A program made the translations under genes and the position numbers. A stretch of DNA of 64,000 nucleotides from Octopus vulgaris (Eukaryota): NCBI GenBank assembly GCA_951406725.2, contig OX597815.1, forward strand, positions 53,196,001-53,260,000, in the 5' to 3' direction. This document shows, one piece after another, positions 14,456 to 28,196 of the stretch. The notes beneath the pieces were generated by a model, which saw nothing but the letters and a program-made list of their open reading frames with translations, had not been told where the DNA came from and did no database searches. Position 1 is the first letter of the stretch, and each line of letters opens with the position of its first letter.

Positions 14456-14469
14456 ACTATATATCTATT

Positions 14470-14960
<491 letters not shown>

Positions 14961-14961
14961 C

Positions 14962-15034
<73 letters not shown>

Positions 15035-15060
15035 GTATGTATGTATGCTTTTATATATAC

Positions 15061-15130
<70 letters not shown>

Positions 15131-15803
15131 GTAAGTATGCTTTTATATATACACATATATAAACAGAGATACATAAACATACATAAAATATCTATTAATG
15201 CGCAAGAGAGAGGGAGAAGAAATAGCTAAGTTCTCATTTCAGCAAAATAGTAGGAAGTAACATATCGACTCTAGACATCATTAATTTCTGTGTTTGTAAT
15301 GACCCACCAGAAAGAATTAATGATATCAAATAAAAGTAAATACTGAAAAAAGAAGTATGAAAATGGCGTTAACACGCGGTTAGTTGTGATTTGATACACT
15401 GTACCAAGTTGGCTGAATAATACACCAAGGAGACGCTCAGAGTAATTGTGTCTTCAGTTTTATTTATATATTTTATAGAATATCACATAAGGTCTACCCA
15501 CTGCTTCTCTGGGTTTTCTCTTTACCTACACCAAGTTGTCTCTGCCTTCCTCCCTCCCTTCATTCCTTCGTCAAAGACTTTTATAGGCGTTCTCTCACTT
15601 TATTCCTGCGTACTATAACTCTAATTGTATAAATCTGAATCATCGCTTAACATATAACTAGATCGATCAATATCATTCTTACCATATAATTGCTCCACAT
15701 TTTCACACAGACATACACACACAGAGACACATACACAAAAACCGTAACTTTCTCTCCCTTGATACACAAACACATAACACACATGGTGCACGTATATGTA
15801 TGA

Positions 15804-15847
<44 letters not shown>

Positions 15848-15869
15848 TTATATACATATATATATATAT

Positions 15870-15924
<55 letters not shown>

Positions 15925-17527
15925 TATATATATATATGTATATATATATACGCATATATATACATATATATGAATATATGTGTGTGTGTGTATATATGTA
16001 TGCATGTATTTACGCATATATGATTATATCTGTCCATGCAATTACGTGTGTATGTCTCTTTATATGGCGCTCTATCTATTTACCTCTCATATACTCATTC
16101 ATTCCTGACTATCAGCCAATCCTCGTCTATTTCCTCACGACTCATACTCTTTTCGCTCTTCACGTTACTACAGATTATAAAACGCACACATACACACGTA
16201 CGTACACACGCGCGCGCGCACACACTCTCTCTCTTTCTCTCTCTCTCTCTCCCGCTCTCTCTTCCCACAAATATATACACGCCTTCATATACACACTGAC
16301 ATACAAGACAGACACAAATATTTATGCACATAGCGAATTTTAAACATATAGCCATTGAGACGCATTCATATACATTCACAACTACACACGTACACTCATA
16401 AACATAGAAAATCAATAAAATAGTAGTTTGAACGGAAATTGTCTCGTTTAATTTCTTCTCATCCTCCTCTCTCTCCTTTCTCTCGTCTCTGCTCTCTCCT
16501 ATATCATTTACTCATTTTATATATCTTTGATTGTTTCTCTTTGTTTCTTTCTTACTTATCGCTTTATTTTTGTAATTAATATTCATCTGACTTTCCATGT
16601 GTGTGTGTGTGTGTGTGTGCGTGTGTTCCTTCTTTTCATTCTTACTCTTTCTCTATGACCCCGTCCTCTCCTTTACACACATACAACCGGTAGTTTCAAC
16701 ACACCTCCATCTATATTTAATTATCTCCCCTTAGTTAACTCATATTCTCTTTCTTCCACAATCTCATTTATTCTATTAGTTTACAGCACAATGATTCAGG
16801 AAACTACAAGACATACTAGAGATTATTTGACAGATTCCGAAAACTGCACCGCCACACCGCACACATGAGCTCGTCTCTAATTTAAAGGAGCAATGGAATT
16901 TGGCGGAAAAATTTAGGAATTTGGCATGATGCATTTTGGTGTGTCTCAATGTCTCTCAGGATTGGTTGGTATTCTCAACACTCCGCCCAGTTTAACATTA
17001 TCAGCTGTTCTTTAGGAGCCTTAAAGTGACAGTTACGACGATAAACTTCTCACTTTAATCTAGAATTTAGGAGCTTCTGACTTTCAGCAGTAGTCTTAAA
17101 ACACCGCCCAGTTTAACACCGCCACTTAAGTTTGGATACCTTTGTTTGTGTGTGATAGGCCTTAACACACCTCAGTTTAACACAACCACCCGGCTTTTGG
17201 GTGCCGTTAAGACATTTCAATTTTGTGAAAATTCAAACAGCCTCTTGTTCCTACCTCACTCAGCGTTTATTATATTTCCTTACAGACATAAACTGTAAGT
17301 TGGAAACAGAAGCATCAACATGGTTCTACTACTGATAATAAATTAATAATTCATTCTTAAAGAATTTAAATCTACAATATAACAGTCACCGTTTCATCAT
17401 CAGTCAGTACGAAAGACAGAGAGGGAGAGGTAGAGAAAGAGAGATGGCGATGAAGAAAGAAATGGAAAGAGAAATGGTGAGAGACGGAGAGAGAAGGGGA
17501 GGAGAGAGAGGGAAAGAGAGTGAGTGG

Positions 17528-17561
<34 letters not shown>

Positions 17562-18383
17562 AACTGAAATGTAATTGTTCGACCTGCGAGAAATAGCGAC
17601 ACATCACCTTCATTTTACAAGTTAAAGATGAAGTCAGGCTTTGGAAGAGAGTCCTTCTGGCTGTACGTTGTCTAAAAACAAAAGAAAGAGAGAGAGAGAG
17701 CGAGAGGGGGGAGAGAAAGACGGAGTGAGTGAGAGAGAAAAAAGAAAAACGAGAGAGGGAGAGAGAGAAACAAGGAAAGAAAAGGGAAAGGGGGAGAGAG
17801 ACAGAATGGGTGAGGGAGATAGAAAGTGAGAGAGAGGGAGAAAGAATAGCTCTAGGCTACAGCGTCTTTAATTGTAAGTCTTCGATTTAGATTGAGCTGT
17901 CGATCAATAACATTACACATTTCTAATATGGAAAGATCTGTTGGTACCCTGACATATAACAAACGTAAATTAGACTGCGCAGTGAGCCATCATAGAAAAT
18001 TTAATATCTAAGTTATTCTAATGATTGTATGAATGGTTTAATATAGACAGTTTTAGCTGCAATCCAAATATAATGATTCCGTTTCCTAAGACATTCACAC
18101 TCTAAATTTCATTGACAAAGAATGCTAAGATGATATGGCGTTCATGCCAATACCAATTCAAAAGAACCGTAAAATATAAGAACATTGTATATAAATGCAT
18201 GAATAAATCCATGCAGAATATATACAAAGGTATATATAAATGCATAAGTATATATGCATATATGTGTGTGTATATATCTATACATATACATACTGATATG
18301 TGCACGTCTGTGTGCATATTTATATGTGTATGTATATCTTTAAATATGCATATGTGTATGTATATAATTATCAGGGTATCTGC

Positions 18384-18416
<33 letters not shown>

Positions 18417-18424
<8 letters not shown>

Positions 18425-18739
18425 TATTGGTGAATTGAAGAAATGGAGCTGAACGAAGATTGCACAGAAATCGTTTTATTTCATTCTACACGTGTTTCGA
18501 AAGGCACAATTTACCAAAATCCGATTGAATAATGAGACCATATTGTGTCTTTCTCTTCAGGAAGAAATAGGAAATCCGTTGGAAAAAACAAAAACAGAAC
18601 AGAGGCGGAGCAAAACAAATCGAACTAGGCTCCTAATTTTGGTAAATTGTGCCTTTCGAAACACGTGTAGAATGAAATAAAACGATTTCTGTGCAATCTT
18701 CGTTCAGCTCCATTTCTTCAATTCACCAATAATATTTTA
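18417..18739. repeat. Perfect 104-bp inverted repeat with 115-bp spacer (part of an element running to ~18889, between TA tracts)
   Basis: 18417-18520 is the exact reverse complement of 18636-18739 by visual comparison. Confidence 0.95.
18477..18569 (-). ncRNA. Type I hammerhead ribozyme, intact core
   Basis: uauuuc-uuc-CUGAAGA-gaaagacacaau...auugugccuuuc-GAAAC-acgu-GUA-gaa-u-gaaaua. Stem II 11/12 bp, stem I 3+6 bp, palindromic stem III loop. Confidence 0.8.
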
Positions 18740-19213
18740 ATTTCAATTATCCGCACCAACGCACGGTTGCAACACCATATGGTTGTACCTCCAACCGTGC
18801 TGTCTTCTGCTGTGATTTTTGCTACCAAGGTATCGGTTAAACTTTTGATTAATCTGCTACAAGATTATTCATCTTTCTATTTCACATAATATATATATAT
18901 ATATATATATATAACAAACTACAAAGTCAGTGATCAACACTGCAGTAGTGGATGACTTTTTTTTTAATAGTTCAGTGGTTTTAATCCAATACCAATGGTT
19001 TTATGTGAAAAGATTTACACTTATTCAATCGCAGGCAGAATAATTGCAAATATAATCGCTTCAAACCATTGCTGTCGTATTAACATTACTCAACTATCTT
19101 ACTGTGTGCCTCTCTGTATATGTATATATTCAGTATATTCAAATAGTTATATTAATATATGCATGCACAAACGCACACACTGACACACGTACACACACAC
19201 ACAAACAAACAAA

Positions 19214-19251
<38 letters not shown>

Positions 19252-19344
19252 ACCGTATCCTTGTGTATGTTATTATATGTATACACATAAACACTAAAAC
19301 AATGTGCACCACTCATACACATATATTTATACTTACATATATAA

Positions 19345-19790
19345 AGTGATCCAAGTTCGATTCCTTGCCGAGGCACCAATAGGTGCATGAATGACACTAC
19401 GGTAAGAAGCTTGCTTCCTAACCAGATGGTTCAGGGTTCAATCCCATAGCGTGGCACCTTGGGCAAGTGTCGTCTACTCTAGCCTCGGGCTGACCTAAGC
19501 CTTGTGAGCGGATTTAATAGACGGAAACTGAAAGAAGCCCGTCGTATATTTTTATTATATATATATGCATGTATATATGTATTTCTGTGTCTGGGTTTGT
19601 GTGTCCCGCAATACCGTCGCTTGACAACCGTTGTTGGTGTGTTTACGCCCCTGTAACATAGAGGCTCGGAAAAATAATCTGATAGAATAAGCACTAGGCT
19701 TACAAAGAAGTCCTGGGTCGATTTGTTCGAGTAAAGGTGGTGCTGCAGCATAGCTGCAGTCAAATGACTGGAACAAGTAAAAGAATAAAA
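19345..19790 (+). mobile_element. tRNA-derived SINE
   Basis: ggtaagaagcttgcttcctaacc...gggttcaatccc head, then family body ending gcagtcaaatgactggaacaagtaaaagaataaaag. Confidence 0.85.
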
Positions 19791-20824
19791 GAATACAGAC
19801 ACACACTCACACATGCAGGTTGTTTTATAAATTCATATTACCTGTTGTAATTACATGATATATAAAAAATTATATATTGTTTGTCATATTTTATTTTTAT
19901 GTATTCCAATATTTTATTTCTTAATTCGTTTTAATTATCAACAACATCTCCGGATTGTCCGAGTGCTTAAAACTATGGACGGGTTGTTTTGTTACGGTTA
20001 TATCTGCAGATATTGTATAGCTAGCACTGACTTCTGTTGCAACAAAATAATGTTTACATCTGACGTCTCGGTAACGAAATTTCGTAGCAAAGATCCGTGC
20101 TGGCTATAAGTTCTATAGAATATATGTAGAAATAACCTTGACACAATAATGTAAGGGGCACTGCTGACGCAATAGAACGTGGTGCTGACTTATGAAAGCA
20201 TTTAGTATACCTTATAATATATTGCGCTTGCATAACGAAGTACCACGTATCTGAAGATATTTAATATGTACGGGATTGTATTTCTGAGGTGTTTCAGTCA
20301 GCGAAGGTTGCGGTGTTAAGGGAGGTGATGAACGCTGTGGAGCGATGGGGAAAATCTGTGATGAGGAAGTGTGAGATATGACGAAAGGATAGAAAGTGCG
20401 AGATGCGGCCTATTTTAAGAGTTAATCTATGCTCAAATGGTGTGTTTGCTAACCGATTTGGTTTAATGGTAAGGAGAATCAAGGATTATGCAAAGTTAAG
20501 CATACCTCTGATTTTGTGTTAAAATAAGAAGGCATGGGTGGCTAAAAGCCGTTTCGAAAAAATAAAAGTTTTACAAATAGTGTCTTTCCTGCTCTCGAAA
20601 GGTACAGTCCAGACATTATATTTCTAATAAAGCGTCATACCTTTTAGACAATACTTTAAGTAACACTATACACTATCAACTTAAATGGGATTTCTGATAG
20701 TGTGGACGTAGAATGTATTCTCTAGAAAGCAACCTCTTTGTTCCAGCCAATGAATTCAGAGGTGATAACTAACTTCAAGGCATATTTGGAAACTTCCACA
20801 TAACTTATGAAAGCAATTGATTTA

Positions 20825-21871
20825 GTCTCCATCGACTAACAAATGGTAGTCTGAAGGAGCAAGGTTAGGAGAGTAAGGTGGATGAGGAATTTTTTTCCAA
20901 CCAAGCTCTTCGATTTTCTGAGATATGATCTTTGCAGTGTGGGGTCGCGCATTGCCCTATTGAAACATCACTCCCTTTCGATTCATTAAAGCGGGTCTTT
21001 TTTTTTTCAAAGCTTGGTTCAAACGCTCTAATTGCTGACAGCAGACTTGAACATTGATTGTTGCATTAGCTGGTAACAATTCAAAGTGAATTACTCCTTT
21101 GCAATCCCACCAGATAGAGAGAACCGTTTCCCCATAAAGTTCCCTTCTCAGTTGTGGTTGAGCTTATTTTCTTTTTATCAAGCCACTGTTTACGACGTTT
21201 AAACATTTCGATAGAAGATCCATTTTCCGTCACCAGTCACAAGTCTATCCAAAATGGGTGAAACGAGTTCGCGAAAATGGAGTGAAGAGCAGATGTCAAC
21301 TCGGGATTTGCGGTTGCTTTCGGACAATTCATGAAGCACCCATTTTCCAAGTTTAGGAACCTTTCCAAGTTGTTGAAGATGACGATGAACAGTTGTATGT
21401 TTTGAACTAAGCTTTATTGCCAATTCTTCAACTGATAATGCTGGATTTTCTTCAATTAGTGCCTCAAGGAGCTTATCATCAAACTCAACTGGACGACCTG
21501 TTAGATCCATATCTTCAAGGCTGAAATCTCCACTTCTGAATTTTGCAAGCCATCTTCTGCAAGTTCTTTCATTCAAGCATTCTTTCCCATAAACTGAGTG
21601 TGTTTCGAGTCGCTTCGGCTGCAGAGTTTCTTTTTTTGTACTCATAAAGCATTATGTGCTTTAAATGCTCTTTGGATACTTCCATGTTAGAAAGGGTTTT
21701 AATCAAAGAAAGTTTAATTCTATTATTCTGTAAAATAATATTTACTTAAGCTAAATGTGCTCAAATGCGTAAAAATAATTTTTAATTCCATTAGACATTC
21801 TAAAATACTATTAAATTTCATTCAATTTTAAAAAAGGCAAAATCGGACAGAACTTATGGAATGACCTGATA
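20825..21871 (-). mobile_element. Decayed mariner transposon, 3'-truncated
   Basis: ORF 21199..21645 has RFRSGDFSLED...GRP-like HTH, WVLHEL (WVPHEL) and LVTGDGKWIFY. Downstream HPPYSPNLAPSDYHL near 20845-20890; one TIR (tatcaggtcattccataagttctgtccg) at the right end. Confidence 0.9.
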
Positions 21872-22469
21872 TTATAAGTATATACATGTATGCTTCAGAG
21901 ATGCAGCATTTGTTGTCTGTAGCGTTCTTGATGCTTTTCTATTGCTCGCTGCAGTGTATTTCTTGCAGAATATATTTAAATTTCTCAACAGCATAAGTCA
22001 AGACTTGAGAATCTTGGAACCACTGTCATAGGTTGGATCATGTTTTGTGATGATTCAGACATTGCTCGCCTCTAGGTTTTATGGAACATCACCACCAAGT
22101 GTAGTGTAGGCGAAAATAAGTGGGATTTTCTGGTCGTTCGACGGCTGCCTCCTCTTATGCAGTGCCCTCAGTCTCCAGGAGCTGGAGTCTTCGTATTGAT
22201 ATATTGATGTATATATCTCTCATAGTGAAGACTTGTGAAAGGGAGACAATATATCTTCATAAGAAAGATAAAAGAAGTGCAAAATACAATGTAAATAAAT
22301 TCGAATGTTTGTAAGTATGTGTGTGTGTATGTATGTATGTATGTATGTATGCATGTATGTATGTATGTATGCATGTATGTATGTATGTATTAATGTATGT
22401 ATGTATGTATGTATTAATGTATGTGCTTCGTTTTATGTATGTATTCTCATGCATATCGCTGCATGTCTC

Positions 22470-23155
22470 ATATATACTTAAATGATAAACTTCTGGAAAG
22501 TTTTACAGATTTCTTATAGTTCCAGTGATGGCTTTGATGTGTAGTCACCGATTCAGCTTTCTCCTTTCTGGATTGGTACTTAGGCAGTGTTACATATCCC
22601 AGCACTCCAATAATTACAGTTATAAATCTGAACTTGTAATCTGGCAAGAGTCACTATATATTTCTCAATAGTTCAGCATAGGAATTTTCTTTTTCGTTGA
22701 ACTTGAACTTTATGTTAACATCAACTGAGCAGCTGGTTTTCGCAGCTGTACACTGTTTCTATTCTCTGTCCCAAATCATTGCGTTAGGTCTGGTATGTTT
22801 ACATTTTATTGAGGTTTTCACTGGGACCTTCCACCAGTATTCCTTCTTATTATGAGTGGCTACGGCTTCCAACATATTGTGGGTTTCTATTTCTTTGGCT
22901 TCAGGGTTATCTTTCAGGCGGATGTTATCATATAGGGTCCTAGCTACAACCTCATATCTCATCGATAGATAATATCGTGATGACATTCTTACACAACTGC
23001 TTATGATGTGGGTGATAACTTCGGTGTTAACTCCACATCGGTTGTCACATTTTATAACTGCATCGGTTGTCACATTTTACTGCTTTTCCTGCGTCACTTT
23101 TCTTGTCGCGCATCAGGTATTTGGTTGGTATTTCCTGTTCCTGGATAGCAAGCTC
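22470..23155 (-). mobile_element. 3' fragment of an RLE-type (R4/Dong-like) non-LTR retrotransposon
   Basis: ORF 22759..23073 has C..C....E.ITHIISSC zinc knuckle, MRYEVVA (RHD-like) and HTRPNAMIWD (RPD-like nuclease motif), all degenerate. Confidence 0.7.
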
Positions 23156-23186
<31 letters not shown>

Positions 23187-23464
23187 TGTATGTATGTATG
23201 TATGTATGTATGTATGTATGTATGTATGTATGTATGAGAGCGCGCACCTGTGTGTATGTGTGTGTGCGCGCAAATATGTACGTTAATAGGTGTAGGCTTA
23301 ATTTGTGGAATATTTTATCCACCTTTCAGTTTGTTTACGTATGCAGAGACAAATGTACGCATATATATTTAGCTACATGTTTATATATGCTGTTTGCATG
23401 TGTGTGTATATAAGTTTCTGTGTACACATGTACACACACTCATGCACATACGTATATGAATATG

Positions 23465-23510
<46 letters not shown>

Positions 23511-24259
23511 GAAAATAAGATGTATGTATGCGTGTGGGTATGTATTATATTTATTAAAGCCTACATGCATGTGTGTGTGTAAATTGTATAAGCATTTCAT
23601 TCTATGTGGGGTCGTGCACAATTTCGGTGCAGTTTCTAATTTGGTATTGAATAGAGTGTGCAGGAAAAAACACTGTCAGTTAAAGACTGTTTTTAGAAAG
23701 TTGATTTCCCTTAAGTAACTTGAAAAGCATTCAGTTTATTTTTCTCTCTGTTCGGTCATTAGCTTATTCATTTCACCACACTCATACAAACATACTCACA
23801 CACTAATACATACAGACATACAGAATAAATGCGTACACCCTCTACAACAGACACGCATAGATAACGATGAATACAAGGTTTTCTTTAAGTAACCTCACTC
23901 ACCTTTTTATCTAAACTCACCTCACAATGTTCGATTCGATTTCTATTACTCTGCCTCGTCCATCATATTGAACACGATAAATAAGGATGGTTCGTGTATC
24001 ATAAGAAATGTACACGCACTTACACACATAGTCAAACATACACATATATATATGTGCATATGTTTATACACACATATATAAATACAGACAAAGAATCGCA
24101 AACACATGCAGGTAAAAAATGTAAGCATAGGTATACCTTTTTTCATCTACATGAAAGCTAATATCGACATGAAGTAGGTTTTTCTGTAGATACTTCACAA
24201 CTAATTAAGAATTGGTGTGGGTAATGCTGCAAACCCAAAATGTACCATTATAAATATGT

Positions 24260-24296
<37 letters not shown>

Positions 24297-25040
24297 AAAT
24301 CACTTATTTTACATACAACCTGCGTTGCATGGTATTCTCTTCATCCACTGTCGATTGGAGATCATTACAATTTCGGCACCTTCCCACAGTATCACTTTTT
24401 CCAGAATTACCGAGCAGCATTTATGATCTCATTAACTGTTTGCCTTTTTTTCCAGTCTGTACTCCCATTCCAGTGCAGTTTGTATTCCCGTTATCAATGC
24501 AATCACCATACAAAACCCTTATCATAACATATATACAAGTACTAAAACACACATATACATGTATAAGCTCGTATTGATACACATAGATATACGTATTCTA
24601 AAAATATACTTATACATACATACACTTTCACATTCACATACACACGCGTTCTTAAATCCGAGCACACATATATCGTTATATCGATATGCAAACTGAATCA
24701 TGCACAAATACATACACCCATGTATATAAGATTGATAGTGTATATAAGATTAATAAGAGCAGAGAACAGATGAAGTTAATAGCCTAATTAATGTTTAGTA
24801 TTCTAGATATAATATCTCATCTCAGAAATATAGAAATATATCTTTACACCTGAGGATTTATTAAATGTAGACGTTGCAATGAACCGAATTAACTTAATTT
24901 GCACTTATGACAGACACAAGTTGCCTTCAGTTATAATATTCCCAGACATTTTAATTGGTGACTGAATATAGAAAGTGCTATGTGGCGATATAAAATAGTA
25001 TCGTTTCACAAAGAATTAATCACTGCTATACATAGTGTGT

Positions 25041-25122
<82 letters not shown>

Positions 25123-25907
25123 ATATTGTTGGTGTTGTCGAGGATGGCGCAATTGTTCCTGCTGCTGGTTTTGTGGTTTTTGGACACATAATTAGTAATT
25201 GAAAGGAGAAAAAGATAATAGCTGCTTCGGGTTTATGAAAGTGAAGTACTAACTTTGTAATTAATGTATTTAAATGATGATCAGTTTAGAGATGACTATC
25301 ACTAAGCTTGATTGCTATCTAACTAACTTAGAAATGTATATAATGGCAGAATAATATCCAGACTGCTGAACACAACGATTAAGCAATGATGAGGTCTATC
25401 GTTCCAAATGACTCTTGCATGGCAGTGAAATGTAAAATGTTGGCTGCCCTAACTAAATAACAAAGAGCTCCGTTAGAATGATGATCAATGAGGAATGACA
25501 AATATCGAAGTTAATCAGACCGCATTATCATTTGGGAGCCAACTTCTTTCAAGTCAATTTTACATTGTTTATAGCCATTCCATTTTGGCTTACTGCCGAG
25601 AATATTTGACTGATCAATTAATCACTCTCTTTCTTCTTCACATATAAACATTCGTATGCATACATACAAACATACAAATTTACATACATATATACAAACA
25701 TACATAAATACATACAAACACATAACACAACAGGTGAAAATGACGCATATTTGCTTATTTAACCTTTTACTTCCCAATATTCAAACACACATCATGCAAT
25801 ATCTAAATCTATACACACACACAAACACACAAGCGCGCGCACGCACGCACACACACACACAACAAACAATAGAGACGGGAAATGGAATACACGGGTAACT
25901 GTATTGC

Positions 25908-26011
25908 TCACAACGCTCGTTTCGAAATATCCTGCATCGATCCCTAGAGGGTGGGTATCTATACAATTAGTTATGCTCCAACCTTCGATGCAGAAGCGTC
26001 TCGTCGGGTGA
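25908..26011 (-). ncRNA. Type I hammerhead-like motif (U4C variant, long stem II)
   Basis: ucac-CCGACGA-ga..cugcaucga...ucgaugcag..uc-GAAAC-gagc-GUU-guga. Confidence 0.65.
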
Positions 26012-26112
26012 CGTAATAAGAATTACTTCGTTCAATGAACTCTGTTTCATTCAGATTTAATACAGCATGTTGTAAGTCTCCGTAGGTTAAGGCTCTTGAG
26101 CGGGAATGACGA

Positions 26113-26190
26113 CAGATAATTAAGTAGCAAAGTTTTATATATATATACTAGCAGATAATTAAGTAGCAAAGTTTTATATATATATACTAG
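26113..26190 (+). repeat. Exact 39-bp tandem duplication
   Basis: cagataattaagtagcaaagttttatatatatatactag occurs twice, followed by cag. Confidence 0.95.
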
Positions 26191-26572
26191 CAGTATAGCT
26201 CAGCGTTGCTCGGGATTGTTTTCTTTTCGACCCTTTAGAATTGGAATTTTTAAAAGCAAAGATTTTGCATTATGTAGCTTGCTATTCTCTTTAAGTGAAC
26301 ATTTTTCTGGTTGAAATACACCGAAAAATGGCGACACAGCAGTCAAAAAATCGTAAAAAATAGAGATTTTCAAACAAAAAACGCAACATTTTGAAGTAAA
26401 TAATTTTAGGTGTTAACATGGTCCAATTCGAATTTTTTCTTCTACGGAAGGAAGAGCAAGCCTTCTATCATACTCTCAATTTTGGTCAACTTGCGCCGCA
26501 CGGTCTCGGAGGAGATAGTGTTAGTTGAAGGCTGCCAAACCTGCCATACACAGACAACTTCAGCTTTATATA
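26185..26572 (+). mobile_element. Non-autonomous Helitron/Helentron-like element
   Basis: Starts tactagcagtatagctcagcgttgctcggg (terminal CTAG plus short hairpin), ends acagacaacttcagctttatata; no TIRs. Confidence 0.55.
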
Positions 26573-26844
26573 TATATATATATATATGAGGACGTCACCA
26601 CTGTGCAAGCAACATGAAGTACGAAAACAAATGAGATAGCTACGCAAACAACGAGAGAAAAAATTGGAAAACAGGACATGTAACACAAAGAACGATCCTT
26701 CATCAGTTGTCGGCTGTCTGTCTACTCTTCATTTCAAGCATACAACGACAATATGAGTCTTGAAAGACAGTTACTCCCATAAATTCGAAAATAAATTTGG
26801 GGATTTATGGAGTGTCGAAGTTGGAAATATATATATATACATAC

Positions 26845-27255
26845 ATTCTGTTATTCATTTACCTGCTTTAGTCATTTGACTGCGGTCATACTGGAGCACT
26901 GCCTTTATCGAACAAATCGACCGCAGGACTTATTCTCTGTAAGCCTAGTACTTATTCTATCGGTCTCTTCCGAACCACTATGTTACAAGGAAAGAAGCAC
27001 ACCAACATCGGTTGTCAAGCGATAGTGAGGTGAGGAGGGCAAATACAGACACCAAACACAAACACCCACCCACACACACACATATTACGACGGGTTTCTT
27101 TCAGTTTCCATCTACCACATCATCCACTCTTAGAATGGTTTGGCCGGCCCGAGGCTATAGTAGAAGACACTTGCCCAAGGTGTCACGCAATGGAGTGAAT
27201 CCGGAACTATGTGGTTGGAAAGCAAGCTTCTTATCATACAGCTACGCCTGCGCCC
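26845..27255 (-). mobile_element. tRNA-derived SINE
   Basis: Colinear with the 14470-14960 copy. Confidence 0.85.
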
Positions 27256-27465
27256 GAAAATTTATGGAGATAACTAAAAAGTAATGGAATAGCGTTGCCA
27301 ACACCGCTAGGACACATTGTAAACATATAAACCTTTAATATACTTGTCAATATATTATGGTTGCATAACAAAATACGGTGCCTATAACAGCAATTAAAAT
27401 CTACGTTCCCGTTGCAAGGAACGTATTTAGTATATATATTTATGTTTGTGCATGTGTGTGTGCGC

Positions 27466-27525
<60 letters not shown>

Positions 27526-27739
27526 GTGCGGTGTGTGTTTGCGTGTGTATATACATAGTGGCTGCCCCCTCGTTATCGAGTATGGCCATTGTACGAAGCT
27601 TAATCAATGTTGTTATCGTGCAATGCCTGTGCAAGAAGATTTTTAAAGTGAGGAAAGGCTGTGCACTAAGTCAATCCCACTCACTAAGCAACACCAGCCA
27701 TAATCCGAAAAGAAGAACAAGTCAACACCATTGGTAACC

Positions 27740-28110
27740 ACTGAGCCGCAAGTTTTATGTCGGAGTTATCCCAGTTATCTGAGTTACCTTCTCCTAGAAG
27801 GATGCCCTAACAAAAGCTAGGAGTCCTTCATTCCCAATGGTTTAACCGCGCGATCGGGTATTCAGTCCGATTATTTCTATGTGACCGCGCATGATACAGC
27901 CTTAAGGCATTTATTGGATGGCCGTTGACTCTCAAGAGTTCCTCCGCCCTTTGACGGGTTTTGTTTTTCATCCCGCAGGGTGTCCAATAAACACCCTCCT
28001 CACCAAGCAAGCTTGGTGGGGTTGCCGGTTTAGTCGCCGACGACACAACCATGCAACAGGTTGTACTGGGTTACATGTTACCAGTAGCACTCAAAAGTGA
28101 CCTGACAGAG
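27740..28110 (-). mobile_element. Probable 5' UTR fragment of an RTE-type non-LTR element
   Basis: GC-richer, hairpin-rich block containing ttaccttctcctagaaggatgcc, resembling RTE 5' ends from memory; no ORF. Confidence 0.45.
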
Positions 28111-28156
28111 GTGTATATACATACATACATGCATACATACATACATACATACATAC

Positions 28157-28196
<40 letters not shown>

